Shown: in pieces, positions 41,169 to 51,471 of the stretch | Layout of the letters: each line of letters starts with the position of its first letter | Numbering within the stretch: position 1 is the first letter of the stretch | NCBI GenBank assembly: GCA_963795945.1 | Contig: CAWCJN010000004.1 | Coordinates: 117,680 to 181,679, forward strand | Direction: 5' to 3' | Source of the DNA: an uncultured Pseudomonadota bacterium | Lineage (GTDB): Bacteria > Desulfobacterota > Binatia > Binatales > Binataceae | DNA length: 64,000 nucleotides | Position numbers and translations under genes: made by a program | Notes under the pieces: model-generated | Seen by the model: the letters and a program-made list of their open reading frames with translations, nothing else | What the model was told of the DNA's origin: nothing | The model's database searches: none

Positions 41169-42593
41169 ATGCCCGTTCAGAAGTTCGCTCCAATGACGAA
41201 GAATTTTCCGACTTTCGACTGTGACGCGCACGTTACCGAACCGCCGTGGCTATGGGAGCGCGCCAAGGATTGGCTCACCAAAGATGAACTTGAAGCGTTG
41301 AAAAGCACGATCTGGTTCGATGCGGAAAGCCAACAACTGATCGTTAACGGTAAGGCCGGCACCGGTATAGGGTCCCAACGAATCCACGGTACGCCGGGCA
41401 CCACCAACGTGCTTTCTCTCGCCGGGCCGGGTCTCAAGCACGATATTCAACGCGCGATCAATGTCCGCAATCTCAAACGCAGCACGGCGTTGACCGCCGA
41501 GCAAGCGGATTACATCGATCACAAGGGTTCTTATCTGCCCAAACCGCGCCTGCAGGATATGGATACGCAGGGGATCGATCAGGTGATGATCATTCCCACC
41601 GACATTGATACGTATCCGTGGCTGCAAAACGCGGTCGGCGCCAAAGCGATGTGCAAGGCTTACAACGACTGGGCCTACGAGTACTGCCAAGAAAATCCGG
41701 AGCGCCTGTTCTTCGCTGCGATGCTGCCGATGCAGGATCCGAAATTCGCCGAACAGGAAGTATATCGCGTAGCTGTCAAGGGATGCCGCGTTGGATTGGT
41801 CCGGCCAATCGATGCGATGGGCAATTATCCAATCCAGCCCAAATACGAACGGGTCTGGGAGGCGATGCAAGATACCGGCATGGTCTATGGGATGCATCCC
41901 TTTCCGGCTTTCGGATCACTCAAGCCGCCCGGCTATACGGAACAGCATTCGGGCGCGGAACTGATTAGCATCGCGGCTTTTTCGTCGGGTCTGCCGCACA
42001 ACTTTTTGGTCAACGTGCAGGACTTTCAAGCGGAAGCCTCGTTGTGGGTCGCGATGGTCCTGATGACGGGCTTTTTCGAGGGCTATCCCAAATTACGCGC
42101 CGCGGTTTTCGAGGCGTCATCCACCTGGCTGAGCTTCGTGCTCGATGAGTGCGATAAGTACTATCGGCTATATCGCAACGAGCGGCAGTTGCCGCCTTTG
42201 AAACGGCTGCCTCGTGAGACCTTTTTCGAGCACTGCGTGACTGGGTTCGAGGGCGACGAAGCGCCACCATCACGCCTGCCGGAGTTCTATGAGAACATCC
42301 TCGCCTGGTCGTCCGACGTTTATCATCATGATGGCGACGACGCCTGGCGCGCGATCGAAACGATGCGTAAGTGCGAACTGCCGGAGAAGTATCAAGCCAA
42401 GTTCCTCGGAGAGAACGCGCGCAAACTGTACAAGATTGACGCACCAAAGAAATTCATCAGCGATCGCGTCACGGAGATCGAGCGCCCCGACTGGTGGCCG
42501 ACCGCCGAAGAGGTCAAAGAATCGCTCAAGCCGGAAGCCGCCGTTTTGCCTCATCGCGCCAGCTTCTCTCTGGGTATCGGTCACGGACGCTAG
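41169..42593 (+). CDS. amidohydrolase-2 family hydrolase (paralog 2)
   Basis: Begins FDCDAHVTEPPWLWERA, the D-x-H metal motif start. The fold length matches. ATG follows CAGGAGG. Confidence 0.75.
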   Translation: MPVQKFAPMTKNFPTFDCDAHVTEPPWLWERAKDWLTKDELEALKSTIWFDAESQQLIVNGKAGTGIGSQRIHGTPGTTNVLSLAGPGLKHDIQRAINVRNLKRSTALTAEQADYIDHKGSYLPKPRLQDMDTQGIDQVMIIPTDIDTYPWLQNAVGAKAMCKAYNDWAYEYCQENPERLFFAAMLPMQDPKFAEQEVYRVAVKGCRVGLVRPIDAMGNYPIQPKYERVWEAMQDTGMVYGMHPFPAFGSLKPPGYTEQHSGAELISIAAFSSGLPHNFLVNVQDFQAEASLWVAMVLMTGFFEGYPKLRAAVFEASSTWLSFVLDECDKYYRLYRNERQLPPLKRLPRETFFEHCVTGFEGDEAPPSRLPEFYENILAWSSDVYHHDGDDAWRAIETMRKCELPEKYQAKFLGENARKLYKIDAPKKFISDRVTEIERPDWWPTAEEVKESLKPEAAVLPHRASFSLGIGHGR

Positions 42594-42611
42594 GCACGCG
42601 GGATCTGACAG

Positions 42612-43901
42612 ATGGCAAACAAGCGTTTCAGTATCTTTGACGCCGATTCTCACATCGTTGAACCGGCTGAAATCTGGACCAAATACCTCCAACCCGAGTA
42701 TCGAGCTTTGGGTAAGCACGCGCTCTGGCGCGAAGAGGGGAAATTCGGCTCGTATCTAAAGATCAATGGCAAGATGTTCCGGGATACGATGAACTCGAAT
42801 ATCCCGCGTCACGCAATCTGGCGACCCGGGATGACTTGGGATCAGGTTGGCGAGCTCGATCCGCATCAGCGTCATCCGATGAACGAAGGCGCATCCGATC
42901 CCAAATCGCGCCTTCGGGATATGGATGCTATGGGTATTGATCAGGCGTTTCTTTACCCGACCTGGTTTGCGGAGGGGTTCCATTTGATCGAGGATCCCGA
43001 CGTCGCCTACGCGTTGGCGCGCGCCTATAACGATTGGATCGCGGATTTCTGCCAAGCTGCGCCCAATCGATTGTTCGCCGCTGCGATGGTCCCGCTGCAG
43101 AGCATGGATTATACGGTCGAGGAACTGCGTCGAGTCGCAAAGATTCCTTGTTTTCGCGGCGCCTTCATCCGTCCAATGTTCGTCGAAGGGCACTACTTCA
43201 CCCATCCATTTTATGATCCGCTCTGGGGCGAGCTGGAACGTCTCGGGCTAGTCGCCGCGGTCCATCCTGCCGCCGGGTTATGGAATCCCGAGTGGACCTC
43301 ACACGCGCCCTTTTTTGAGAAGGTCAATCGCCGCTTCAACCAACGTTCGGTGATAGCCGACGCTGGGGGCGGACCCTTCGCAGGTGGCGGAGGCAGCCAG
43401 GGGTTCACCTTCGTCGCAACGCCTCCGCTGGGACATCCGATCGCGCCAATTCTGTCGCCATGGCTTGATAATCATATGTTTGTGGCGGCAACTCTGATCG
43501 GCTTCACTGTGATGCAGCGCTACCCGGAAATGAAAGTAGTGGTGGCGCACGGCAAGGCTTCGTGGATGGAAGAGGTGCTCGAAAAGATGGAGGCCTCGAC
43601 CCGTACCTTTCCGCTACTCCACTTCTATCAGGTGCGGACTGACGTGGAAGAGATGTGGGAGGAAGGCAAGGTGATGCTCGGCTTCGACGCCGAGGAGCGG
43701 CTAATTCAAAAGCTCCCGGACGACTTCGCTGAAAAGATTGTCTGGGGTTCGCGGTACCCAAATCAGGACACGACTAGCGCGTTCCAAGCGATCGAAACAT
43801 TGGCGCGTGCGCGAGTTGACGATCCCATTCTGGCGCGGATGTTCGGTGGGAATGCCGCTGCGCAATTCGGCGTCAAGCTGGAGTCGCAAATTCCAAACTG
43901 A
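42612..43901 (+). CDS. amidohydrolase-2 family hydrolase (paralog 3)
   Basis: FDADSHIVEPAEIWTKYL has the same N-terminal metal motif as 41169. Confidence 0.75.
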   Translation: MANKRFSIFDADSHIVEPAEIWTKYLQPEYRALGKHALWREEGKFGSYLKINGKMFRDTMNSNIPRHAIWRPGMTWDQVGELDPHQRHPMNEGASDPKSRLRDMDAMGIDQAFLYPTWFAEGFHLIEDPDVAYALARAYNDWIADFCQAAPNRLFAAAMVPLQSMDYTVEELRRVAKIPCFRGAFIRPMFVEGHYFTHPFYDPLWGELERLGLVAAVHPAAGLWNPEWTSHAPFFEKVNRRFNQRSVIADAGGGPFAGGGGSQGFTFVATPPLGHPIAPILSPWLDNHMFVAATLIGFTVMQRYPEMKVVVAHGKASWMEEVLEKMEASTRTFPLLHFYQVRTDVEEMWEEGKVMLGFDAEERLIQKLPDDFAEKIVWGSRYPNQDTTSAFQAIETLARARVDDPILARMFGGNAAAQFGVKLESQIPN

Positions 43902-43910
43902 GAGAGTGAA

Positions 43911-43935
43911 TGACGGGCGGCGTTAACCGCCGCCC
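43911..43935. terminator. candidate bidirectional terminator hairpin between convergent genes
   Basis: GGGCGGCG-ttaac-CGCCGCCC is a perfect 8-bp GC stem, lying between the stops at 43901 (+) and 43951 (-). It has no strong U-tract. Confidence 0.35.
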
Positions 43936-43950
43936 GCATGTATCGGAGCT

Positions 43951-45189
43951 CTACTTTCCTGAGTAGTGCGGTAGGACCTTGTTGCCGAACAGTTCGAGTT
44001 GTCGCTTGACGTCGTCTTTCGGCAGAAATCCCTGATCGCCTTGCCACGCGAACCACTCCGGATTAGCCATCTCGACTAGTTCGTCGAGGCCGCGGCGGAC
44101 GTCATCAGGCGTTCCCATATAGATGAATTTCACTCGCGATAGGCGATCCGTAGTGACTTCGGAGGCTGGGAGATTCACCTTGCCGGTCGGGTACTTCGCT
44201 TCGTCAGCCGGCTCGCGCCACGCCTCAGTGAAGCCAAAATGATGAAAGAACTCGCGGAAACCGAGTACACAGGTGCTCTTGTCTGCGTATTGACGGGCCT
44301 GTTCGCGGGTATCGGCGATACTAATCCCGCGGACGACACCGACGCCCTCCCCTAGTTTCAGATCGCGGCCCGCCTTGCGCGACTCCTCCTGATAGACCTC
44401 GGCGAGCTTCCGTACGACTTCGGGCTGCGGGAGGATGATGGTCGGTTGAAGGCCCTCGCGCCCGCACCATCGGACGGTCTCTTCGCTCATCGAGAAGGCT
44501 TGAAACAATGGCGGATGAGGTCGCTGATACGGTTTCGGGACTACATTGATTTTCTGGATGCGTCCGAACTCGTCAACTTCACCCGGAAAACCGTATTGAC
44601 GCGTCCATTCGTGGGCAAGCCACGGTGTGCCTTCTTGCGGATATGGATACTCCCAATGCTTGCCTTTGAAGGTGAAGGGTTCATCACGCCAGGCGAGCTT
44701 CAGGAATTGATAGACTTCCTCGAAGACCTCGCGATTGATGCGATCGGTATCACTCTTATCGCTGGTGGTGGCTTGTGCGTGAACCTTTTGCGCCATCTGA
44801 TTGAGCCATCGCGCTTGATACCCACGCGCGAAACCGACAATCGTGCGGCCCTTGGTCAATTGGTCGAGCCAGGCGATTTCGAGCGCGAGCCGCAACGGAT
44901 TCCATCCGGGGAGCACATAACCGATCGGCCCCGCCTTAATTCGTTTCGTGTGCTGGAGGACGTGTTGAGTGAGCACAGGCAGGCTGCCCATCTCGATGCC
45001 TTCGCTATGAAGGTGATGTTCGGGGAAGCCTACCGCCTCGAAGCCCACTTCTTCCGCCAGTTGAGAAATCTCGACAACCTCTTCGATCATCCGCTGCCAT
45101 CGGTCAGGATGCATCGCGATTGGTCGTAGCGTGCGGCGCTCCTCAAGCGTCGCGGGCAGGGTCGGTAGGAAGAAATACAGGAACTTCAT
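43951..45189 (-). CDS. LLM-class (luciferase-like) flavin-dependent oxidoreductase
   Basis: MKFLYFFLP...VGFPEHH...GRTIVGFARGY matches the bacterial luciferase-like TIM-barrel pattern. The start at internal Met has GGAGG 7 nt upstream. Confidence 0.8.
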   Translation of the reverse strand: MKFLYFFLPTLPATLEERRTLRPIAMHPDRWQRMIEEVVEISQLAEEVGFEAVGFPEHHLHSEGIEMGSLPVLTQHVLQHTKRIKAGPIGYVLPGWNPLRLALEIAWLDQLTKGRTIVGFARGYQARWLNQMAQKVHAQATTSDKSDTDRINREVFEEVYQFLKLAWRDEPFTFKGKHWEYPYPQEGTPWLAHEWTRQYGFPGEVDEFGRIQKINVVPKPYQRPHPPLFQAFSMSEETVRWCGREGLQPTIILPQPEVVRKLAEVYQEESRKAGRDLKLGEGVGVVRGISIADTREQARQYADKSTCVLGFREFFHHFGFTEAWREPADEAKYPTGKVNLPASEVTTDRLSRVKFIYMGTPDDVRRGLDELVEMANPEWFAWQGDQGFLPKDDVKRQLELFGNKVLPHYSGK

Positions 45190-45288
45190 CGAAACGCCTC
45201 CATATATCGAGCATTCAATCTGAATATCAACTAGATTGAAAGATCGCTCGGGAGTCGGTAAACACCGAAACCACAAGCAGGATCATAG

Positions 45289-45693
45289 ATGATTGAGTCT
45301 CGCCAGATGCTGAATGAAGTTATCGCGTCGTTGCGCAATGTGATCGCGCCAGCAATTGCCGATCCTTATCCGAAGACGCAAGCCTATATGGCGGCAGTGA
45401 TTTTGGAGATGGTCGCGCGACAGGTAGAGGAGCGTACCGACTTGGGCACCGCCAAACGTGCGGCGATCGAGTTATCTTTTGAGGCGCTGGCGCGCAATGA
45501 AGCGGTGGGTCGCCTAGTCGCGGATCTGCCGCGCAACGAGGGCGGCTTGTGTCAATTGATCGAGCGACTTTATGCCGAGCGTCAACATCTTGGCGAAGAG
45601 CTATTCACGACCGCGAACAAAAGAGTGCGCGAGACGTTACGAGCGCTGCTGGATCAGGATCTGAAAGTTGCGGGCGGGAAAGCCGAGGGTTGA
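45289..45693 (+). CDS. hypothetical protein
   Basis: 134 aa, helical and charged. The stop overlaps the next start (TGATG), so it is probably co-translated with the kinase. Confidence 0.4.
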   Translation: MIESRQMLNEVIASLRNVIAPAIADPYPKTQAYMAAVILEMVARQVEERTDLGTAKRAAIELSFEALARNEAVGRLVADLPRNEGGLCQLIERLYAERQHLGEELFTTANKRVRETLRALLDQDLKVAGGKAEG

Positions 45694-46731
45694 GTGATGG
45701 CGGACAAACGAACGATTCAAGAGAAGGTCGTCGATTATCTCAAGCGCAAGCTGCCGCAAGCGCGTGACCTGACTCTATCGGACTGGGTTCAGACGGCGGT
45801 CGGCTGGTCGCATGAGATTTTCGTGTTTTACGCCGATTGGACTGAAAATGGGCGCTCGGTGCGGCGCGGGTTCTGTCTCCGCCGCGACCCGGGTGTCGGT
45901 CTGCTGCGCGAGCTCTCCAGCCTCGAAGAACAGTTCCGCGTAATCAAGGCACTGGAAGAAACCTCCGCGCCGACTCCAGGGGCGTACTGGTACGAATCCG
46001 ACGTTTCGATTCTCGATGCTCCTTTCATCGTGATGGAGAAGGTTGAAGGTGAGGCGGTCAATCCGTGGTCGAAAGTCGGCAAGCAGTTCTATGCCGAAGC
46101 AGCGAAGCGCGGGAAATTGCCACGCAGTTTCGTCGAAGCGTTAGCGGCGCTGCACAATCTCGACTGGCGTGCGGCAGGACTCGATTTTCTCGGCGTGCCG
46201 GCGGAGGGTAAGGATTTCGCGCGGCGCGAGATCGAAAAATGGGAAGGGCTGATTCGCCAATCGATCCAGAAACCGGAGCCCACATTGACGGAAGTTCTCG
46301 CGTGGCTGAAGGCGAATGCCCCGTCAGTCCAGCGGCTCGCGTTTGTGCATGGCGCGTATCGCACCGGCAACTTGATGATCAAGGACGACGAGATCTCGGC
46401 AGTAATTGACTGGGAGCTGCAAGTAATCGGCGATCCGATGTATGACGTCGCTTACGTGTTATCAGACCTGAACCGTGAGGGTTCGCCGTTACTGTCATGC
46501 GTGGTTGAACGCGATTTTTTTATCAAGTATTACGAGGAGCTGACCGGTCTGAAGGTCGATTTCGAGGCGTGCCGCTACTACCAAATCCTTTATATGATGC
46601 GCACGGCGGCATTCTGGCTGAGCGCTTCCGGATTGTTTGCGGAAGGCCGCAGCAAAGATTTGCGGCTCGCTCGCACAACCTACTCGGTGCCGGTCGTGCT
46701 TGATATGGCGGCGAAGTCGCTGGGTTTCTGA
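45694..46731 (+). CDS. phosphotransferase-family protein (APH/choline-kinase fold)
   Basis: Carries the Brenner motif HGAYRTGNLM (HxDxxxxN-like) and the IDWE motif (VIDWELQVIGDPMYD). Confidence 0.75.
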   Translation: MMADKRTIQEKVVDYLKRKLPQARDLTLSDWVQTAVGWSHEIFVFYADWTENGRSVRRGFCLRRDPGVGLLRELSSLEEQFRVIKALEETSAPTPGAYWYESDVSILDAPFIVMEKVEGEAVNPWSKVGKQFYAEAAKRGKLPRSFVEALAALHNLDWRAAGLDFLGVPAEGKDFARREIEKWEGLIRQSIQKPEPTLTEVLAWLKANAPSVQRLAFVHGAYRTGNLMIKDDEISAVIDWELQVIGDPMYDVAYVLSDLNREGSPLLSCVVERDFFIKYYEELTGLKVDFEACRYYQILYMMRTAAFWLSASGLFAEGRSKDLRLARTTYSVPVVLDMAAKSLGF

Positions 46732-46771
46732 GCGCCGCCGCGCTTCGCGAGAAGGATCAAGGAGAGATGCA

Positions 46772-47887
46772 ATGCTGAGTGCGTTTGACGAGATGATGTG
46801 CCATCAGTTGCCGGCCACGATGGACCATGTGCATACGGATAATCCGGAATGGACCGAGCGCATCTACGTCAGCATCTATAATGTTCGTGACAAGGAAACG
46901 ATTATAGGTTTCGGCGTCGGCCAGTATCCAAACAAGAATGTGCAGGATGGTTTCACCACAGTGTGGCATCAGGGGAAGCAGTACAATTTTCGCGCCTCAC
47001 GGACGCTGCGGCCTCGAATCGACGAAATAAAAATTGGACCGCTTTCGGTAGAGACACTCGAGGGTCTGCGGCGGTTTCGGATGCGGCTCGGCGATAACCC
47101 TTCAAGCCTGCGTGCCGATCTTGAATTCGTCGCGTCGATGAATCCGCACGAGGAGGAGCACGATTTCCGACAAAGCGGGGGTAAAGTCGTGCAGGATATC
47201 TCGCGGTTTGATCAGGTGGGATGGGTGCGCGGCATACTTGAGTTTGGCGACAAAAAGATCGTGCTGAACGAGCAGGATTGGTACGCGCATCGCGATCGCT
47301 CGTGGGGGACGCGGCGCCCATTGCGGACTGATACGTCCGATGCGAAGCGCACGACTTTCGCGCCATTTCTGTTCAGTTGGTCGGTGGCGCAATTCCGCGA
47401 TTACGCTCTGCATTGGCGTTTCGTTGAGCGCGGCCCGGGCAAATACAGCTATTTCAGCGGCGAGCGGGTTTTACCGTTCGGCCAACCCGCCGATCCCGGT
47501 TGGCATATCGACAAGATTGAGCAGGAATTCCGCTGGGACGCATCGGGACCGATTCAGACACTCAAGGGCGGCGATCTTGATCTGAGCTTCAAAAATGGTG
47601 AGAAGCGGCACGTCTCATTTGTCACACATCGGCCACGATGGCATCTCAAGGGGGGCGGCTATGGTGGTTATCGTGGCTGGTATCACGGCGATAACAAGGG
47701 CGAATACTATTCCGAGCATGATGTATGGGACCTGAGCGATCTCAAAGTGCTCGCTGAAGCGAGCACGCTTAGTGATCATCTGATCGAGTGGCGCTGCGGC
47801 GACGATATCGGCTTCGGCATCATGGAGTACGGCGTCGGACCGGGTTACTACAAATATCAGGAGATCCAGCATCTACCGACGTTCTAA
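46772..47887 (+). CDS. hypothetical protein (about 370 aa)
   Basis: The start is placed at the internal Met after AGGAGAGA. No confidently recognised family. Trp/Gly-rich C-terminus (GGGYGGYRGWYHGDNKG). Confidence 0.45.
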   Translation: MLSAFDEMMCHQLPATMDHVHTDNPEWTERIYVSIYNVRDKETIIGFGVGQYPNKNVQDGFTTVWHQGKQYNFRASRTLRPRIDEIKIGPLSVETLEGLRRFRMRLGDNPSSLRADLEFVASMNPHEEEHDFRQSGGKVVQDISRFDQVGWVRGILEFGDKKIVLNEQDWYAHRDRSWGTRRPLRTDTSDAKRTTFAPFLFSWSVAQFRDYALHWRFVERGPGKYSYFSGERVLPFGQPADPGWHIDKIEQEFRWDASGPIQTLKGGDLDLSFKNGEKRHVSFVTHRPRWHLKGGGYGGYRGWYHGDNKGEYYSEHDVWDLSDLKVLAEASTLSDHLIEWRCGDDIGFGIMEYGVGPGYYKYQEIQHLPTF

Positions 47888-48061
47888 GGTGCTTTCCCAC
47901 AATTGAACTTTCTAAAGCGGATTATCAATGCTGAGCGCAGTGAAGCATCTCGATTCGGGCAATGGACATCGATTCGAGATTCTCTTCGTCGGCTGCGCCT
48001 CCTCGAGGGCATGCTTCGGTCGCAGACTCCCTCAGAATGACTTGCCGGGCCTGCCGTTGAG

Positions 48062-49146
48062 TCAATTATAAGTCAGCACAGTGCGGGTGACCTCGCCGGC
48101 TTCCATCGCGCGGAAGGCCTCATTGATCTGATCCAGCGGCAGGCGGCGGCTGATCATGTCGTCGAGGTTCAAGCGGCCCTGTCGATAGAGATCGAGGTAC
48201 TTCGGCATATCGAGATGGAACCGATTCGAGCCCATATAGCAGCCCTGAATCCGTTTCTCGACGAAAAGATGGCCCGCGTCAAATTCGACTTTTTGTCCCG
48301 GTGGAATCGCGCCGACCAGCGTCGCCAATCCGCGGGGAGCGAGACAATAGACGCATTGTTCGAGAACGCGTGGATTGCCGATCGCGTCGAACGAATAATC
48401 GACGCCGCCATTGCTCAGCCGCTTGATTTCGCGAACCGTATCAGCAGTCGAGCCATTGATAATCGCGGTCGCACCGAAGTGCTTAGCGGTATCCAACTTG
48501 TTCTCGCGAATATCGACTGCGATGATCTGCCTTGCACCAGCGATTCTTGCGCCCTGAATGACGGAAATACCGACGCCCCCAGCGCCGAAAACTGCCACTG
48601 ACGAACCAGGCGTAACCTGCGCGGTGTTGAGAGCAGCACCGACGCCGGTTGTGACGGCGCATCCGAGCAACGCCGCTCGATCAGCGGGATATCATCAGCG
48701 ATTTTAAGAACGGCACGCTCGTGCAAGAGCATCTGCTCGGCGAAGGCTCCTAAATCCGCGAATTGGCTGATGCGCGATCCCTTCTGCGAAAGACGCGGCG
48801 GCTCGTCACGCCCACGCTGGCAATCCGCGCGATTCGTGCACAAGTGCGGCCGGCCCATCAGGCATTGTGTGCAGTTGCCGCAATAGATCGAGGTACAGGC
48901 GATAACATGGTCGCCCGGCTTGACCGAGATGACGCGCTCGCCAACAGCTTCAACAATGCCAGCCGGTTCATGACCGAGGATGGCCGGCGCTTTCGCCGGT
49001 AGCGAGCCGTGGATGCAATGGAGATCGCTATGACAGACACCGGTCGCGACTGTTCGCACCAGAACCTCGTTGGACGCGGGTCGATCGATCTCGACTTCTT
49101 CGACGGTGAGGGGCTGACGCAGAGCACGGAAAATCGCGGCCTTCAT
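48062..49146 (-). pseudogene. zinc-dependent alcohol dehydrogenase (MDR family), split by a 1-nt deletion near 48670
   Basis: N-terminal part: GVCHSDLH...GHEPAGIVEAVG...CGNCTQCLMG, the catalytic and structural Zn sites. C-terminal part: VFGAGGVGISVIQ, the Rossmann fold. At the junction the sequence reads ctgatcgagcggcg where the frame needs ctcgatcgggcggcg. Confidence 0.6.
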
Positions 49147-49331
49147 AGTGGATAACCTCGTTCGCCAAGTATGTAGCACGAGCGCCCACGATTGTTATAC
49201 TCGCGCATCGCGACGATCCAAATCTCTAATCTCTTGCAGCGCAAGGGTGGCTTGAATGAGCGCTAAATCGTGCGGGAGCGAGCGTAAGAATTTTCAATAG
49301 CGACGCTACCAATTTTCTCTATAATCAATGA

Positions 49332-51173
49332 GTGGCCAAGCCCAGTTCCGACCCTGACCGAATAGCGCAAAGTACGCCGTCTGATAGGACTGCGCCGGTC
49401 AACTTGCCGGCAATTGACAGCACCGAGATTCCGCTTGAGGAAGAATTCGAAGCTTCGCGGGCCACTCGTCCAATCGTCGCAATCATCGTTGCAACTGCGG
49501 TACTTTACCTCGCAAGAGATATCTTGGCGCCGATTACCGCCGCAGTCATTCTGGCGGTAATCTTCAGCCCCATAGTGAGCAGGCTGGAGCGATTTGTCGG
49601 GCGCATGGCCGCGTCCGCCCTGGTAGTGCTGATGGCGATCGCAATTCTTGGCGTCGCGATCTATTTCGTCACTGTTGAGCTTACGGTCGTAGCAGCCGAA
49701 GTCGCAGGCTATTCCAATAATGTCGCAGCCAAACTCACCGCTCTCGGGCAGCACACCCCCGAATGGCTGCAACGTGTCGAGTCCGGCATTGCCGACGTTG
49801 AGCATCAACTGCAAACGAATACCAGCAAAACAAGTAACCAGACGAAGACAGTCGTAGAAACGTCGAAGTCGTCAGTCACTGACATGTTGCAACCGGCAAT
49901 TCCGGTGATAACAGCCATTATTGATATCTTTTTGATAATTATTCTACTTTTTTTCTTACTGGTCGGCAGCAGTGATTTACGCGAGCGATTTGTGCGCCTC
50001 GCTGCGCGCGCCAAAATCACGATTGCCGCTGAGGCGATCCAAACTGCCGTAGCTACAGTCAGTCGCTATCTTCTGTACTACGCGTTAATCAATCTTACGT
50101 TCGGAACCTTGGTGGGCTTAGTGCTGTGGTTAATTGGCCTTTCCCATCCAGCGTTCTGGGGTGGTTTTGCTTTTATGGCGCGGTTTATCCCATATATCGG
50201 CGCGGTTTTCTCAGCGCTCCTGCCGGCGTTAGTTGCATTCGCAATTTTTCCGGGATGGGCCCATACAATCGAGATTCTTGGAGCGTACATCGTGCTGGAT
50301 CAAGTCTCAGCGCAGCTATTCGAGCCTTTCCTGATAGGCTCCGGCGTAGGTGTTGCGCCGGTCGCGCTGCTGATTTCGGCGATCTATTGGGCATGGCTAT
50401 GGGGTCCAATCGGTCTATTGATCAGCACTCCCTTAGCCGCTTGTTTGAAAATCGCCGGTGATTACATTGAACCGCTGAATTTTCTTGCTCTGCTGCTCGG
50501 TGCGCACACCAAAGGCGAAGATCATCAAGTATATTATGGAAAATTGCTCGAGCTGGACTATGAGGGGGCGCGTGCGCTTGCGATCAAGTACTCCGACCAG
50601 CACGGATTAGAGCGGACGATCAAAGACCTATTATTGTCGACGCTCGAACTTGCACATACAGAACGAGAGCAAGATCACATCAGCCAGGAAGTCGCGACCT
50701 ATGTTGTTACTAGCACGCGCGACATTGCGAAGGAGCTAGGAGACCGGCTGAATCCAGGACGTTTGCCGACACGAGCGCGATTGCTCGGCGTTTGCCCGCC
50801 AGGGGAGAAGCGCTTTGTCGAGCTATTATTGCTGCTCGAATTGCTGCGCCAGGAAGGAGTTGCAGCCGGTTTTGCCGGTGAGAACTCAACTATTCCGCAG
50901 ATCCGAGAATTTGCCGCTCAATTTCATCCTGACCAAATTTATTTATTTTGCGCAACGCCCGATTGCTTACCTGCTGCAATCGAGCTGGCGCAGGATCTCC
51001 ACACAGATTTTCCTGCGACAGTTATCGTCGCAACTGGTGCGGCGGTTCAGAGCGCTTCGGTTGAATTACTGAAAGCCGGTTGCGCGCGAATCAGTGAAGG
51101 ATTTAATGAAACCCGCCGCATCGCACGTAGCCTGATCAGGCAACGGCGACCATCCGTGGTCCGCGTTCGTTAG
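49332..51173 (+). CDS. AI-2E (UPF0118/PerM) family transporter fused to a C-terminal cobalamin-binding-like module (helical cap + Rossmann) that lacks the His ligand
   Basis: The N-terminal roughly 360 aa are polytopic with the AI-2E pattern (DILAPITAAVILAVIFSPIV...). The C-terminal roughly 230 aa reads ...ARLLGVCPPGEKRFVELLLLLELLRQEGVAAGFAGENSTIPQIREFAAQFHPDQIYLFCATPDC...ATVIVATGAA.... This is collinear with the B12-binding domain (G-D-x-H-x-x-G ... S-x-L ... G-G), but PGEKRFVE stands in place of DxHxxG. Confidence 0.7.
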   Translation: MAKPSSDPDRIAQSTPSDRTAPVNLPAIDSTEIPLEEEFEASRATRPIVAIIVATAVLYLARDILAPITAAVILAVIFSPIVSRLERFVGRMAASALVVLMAIAILGVAIYFVTVELTVVAAEVAGYSNNVAAKLTALGQHTPEWLQRVESGIADVEHQLQTNTSKTSNQTKTVVETSKSSVTDMLQPAIPVITAIIDIFLIIILLFFLLVGSSDLRERFVRLAARAKITIAAEAIQTAVATVSRYLLYYALINLTFGTLVGLVLWLIGLSHPAFWGGFAFMARFIPYIGAVFSALLPALVAFAIFPGWAHTIEILGAYIVLDQVSAQLFEPFLIGSGVGVAPVALLISAIYWAWLWGPIGLLISTPLAACLKIAGDYIEPLNFLALLLGAHTKGEDHQVYYGKLLELDYEGARALAIKYSDQHGLERTIKDLLLSTLELAHTEREQDHISQEVATYVVTSTRDIAKELGDRLNPGRLPTRARLLGVCPPGEKRFVELLLLLELLRQEGVAAGFAGENSTIPQIREFAAQFHPDQIYLFCATPDCLPAAIELAQDLHTDFPATVIVATGAAVQSASVELLKAGCARISEGFNETRRIARSLIRQRRPSVVRVR

Positions 51174-51471
51174 GCACTCCCATTTCAATAAGTTTGAACG
51201 AGCCGCCGCGGCGACTCACGCATCTTTGTTTTTAGATTTACAACTATGTTTCAATAGGCACGGGGAACTACGCTTGGGCAAGAATCCCTTGATTCAGTGA
51301 AAGATGAACATAATATACGTGATAAAGGTTCAGATCTGAAGAAATAAGCATTAAATCTTAAGAACGTACAGTATATCCAATGTCACAATGAGCTCGTACT
51401 GGCGAGCGTGGTGCATCTGCTTAAGCTAGATCACGCGTCTTACACTTTCTGAGCGTCAAGGTGCTTCCTTT

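Noticed and set aside
49263-49814. Minus-strand 183-aa ORF overlapping the AI-2E transporter start
   Set aside because: Cys/Arg-rich, with no motif. The plus-strand gene is strongly supported.
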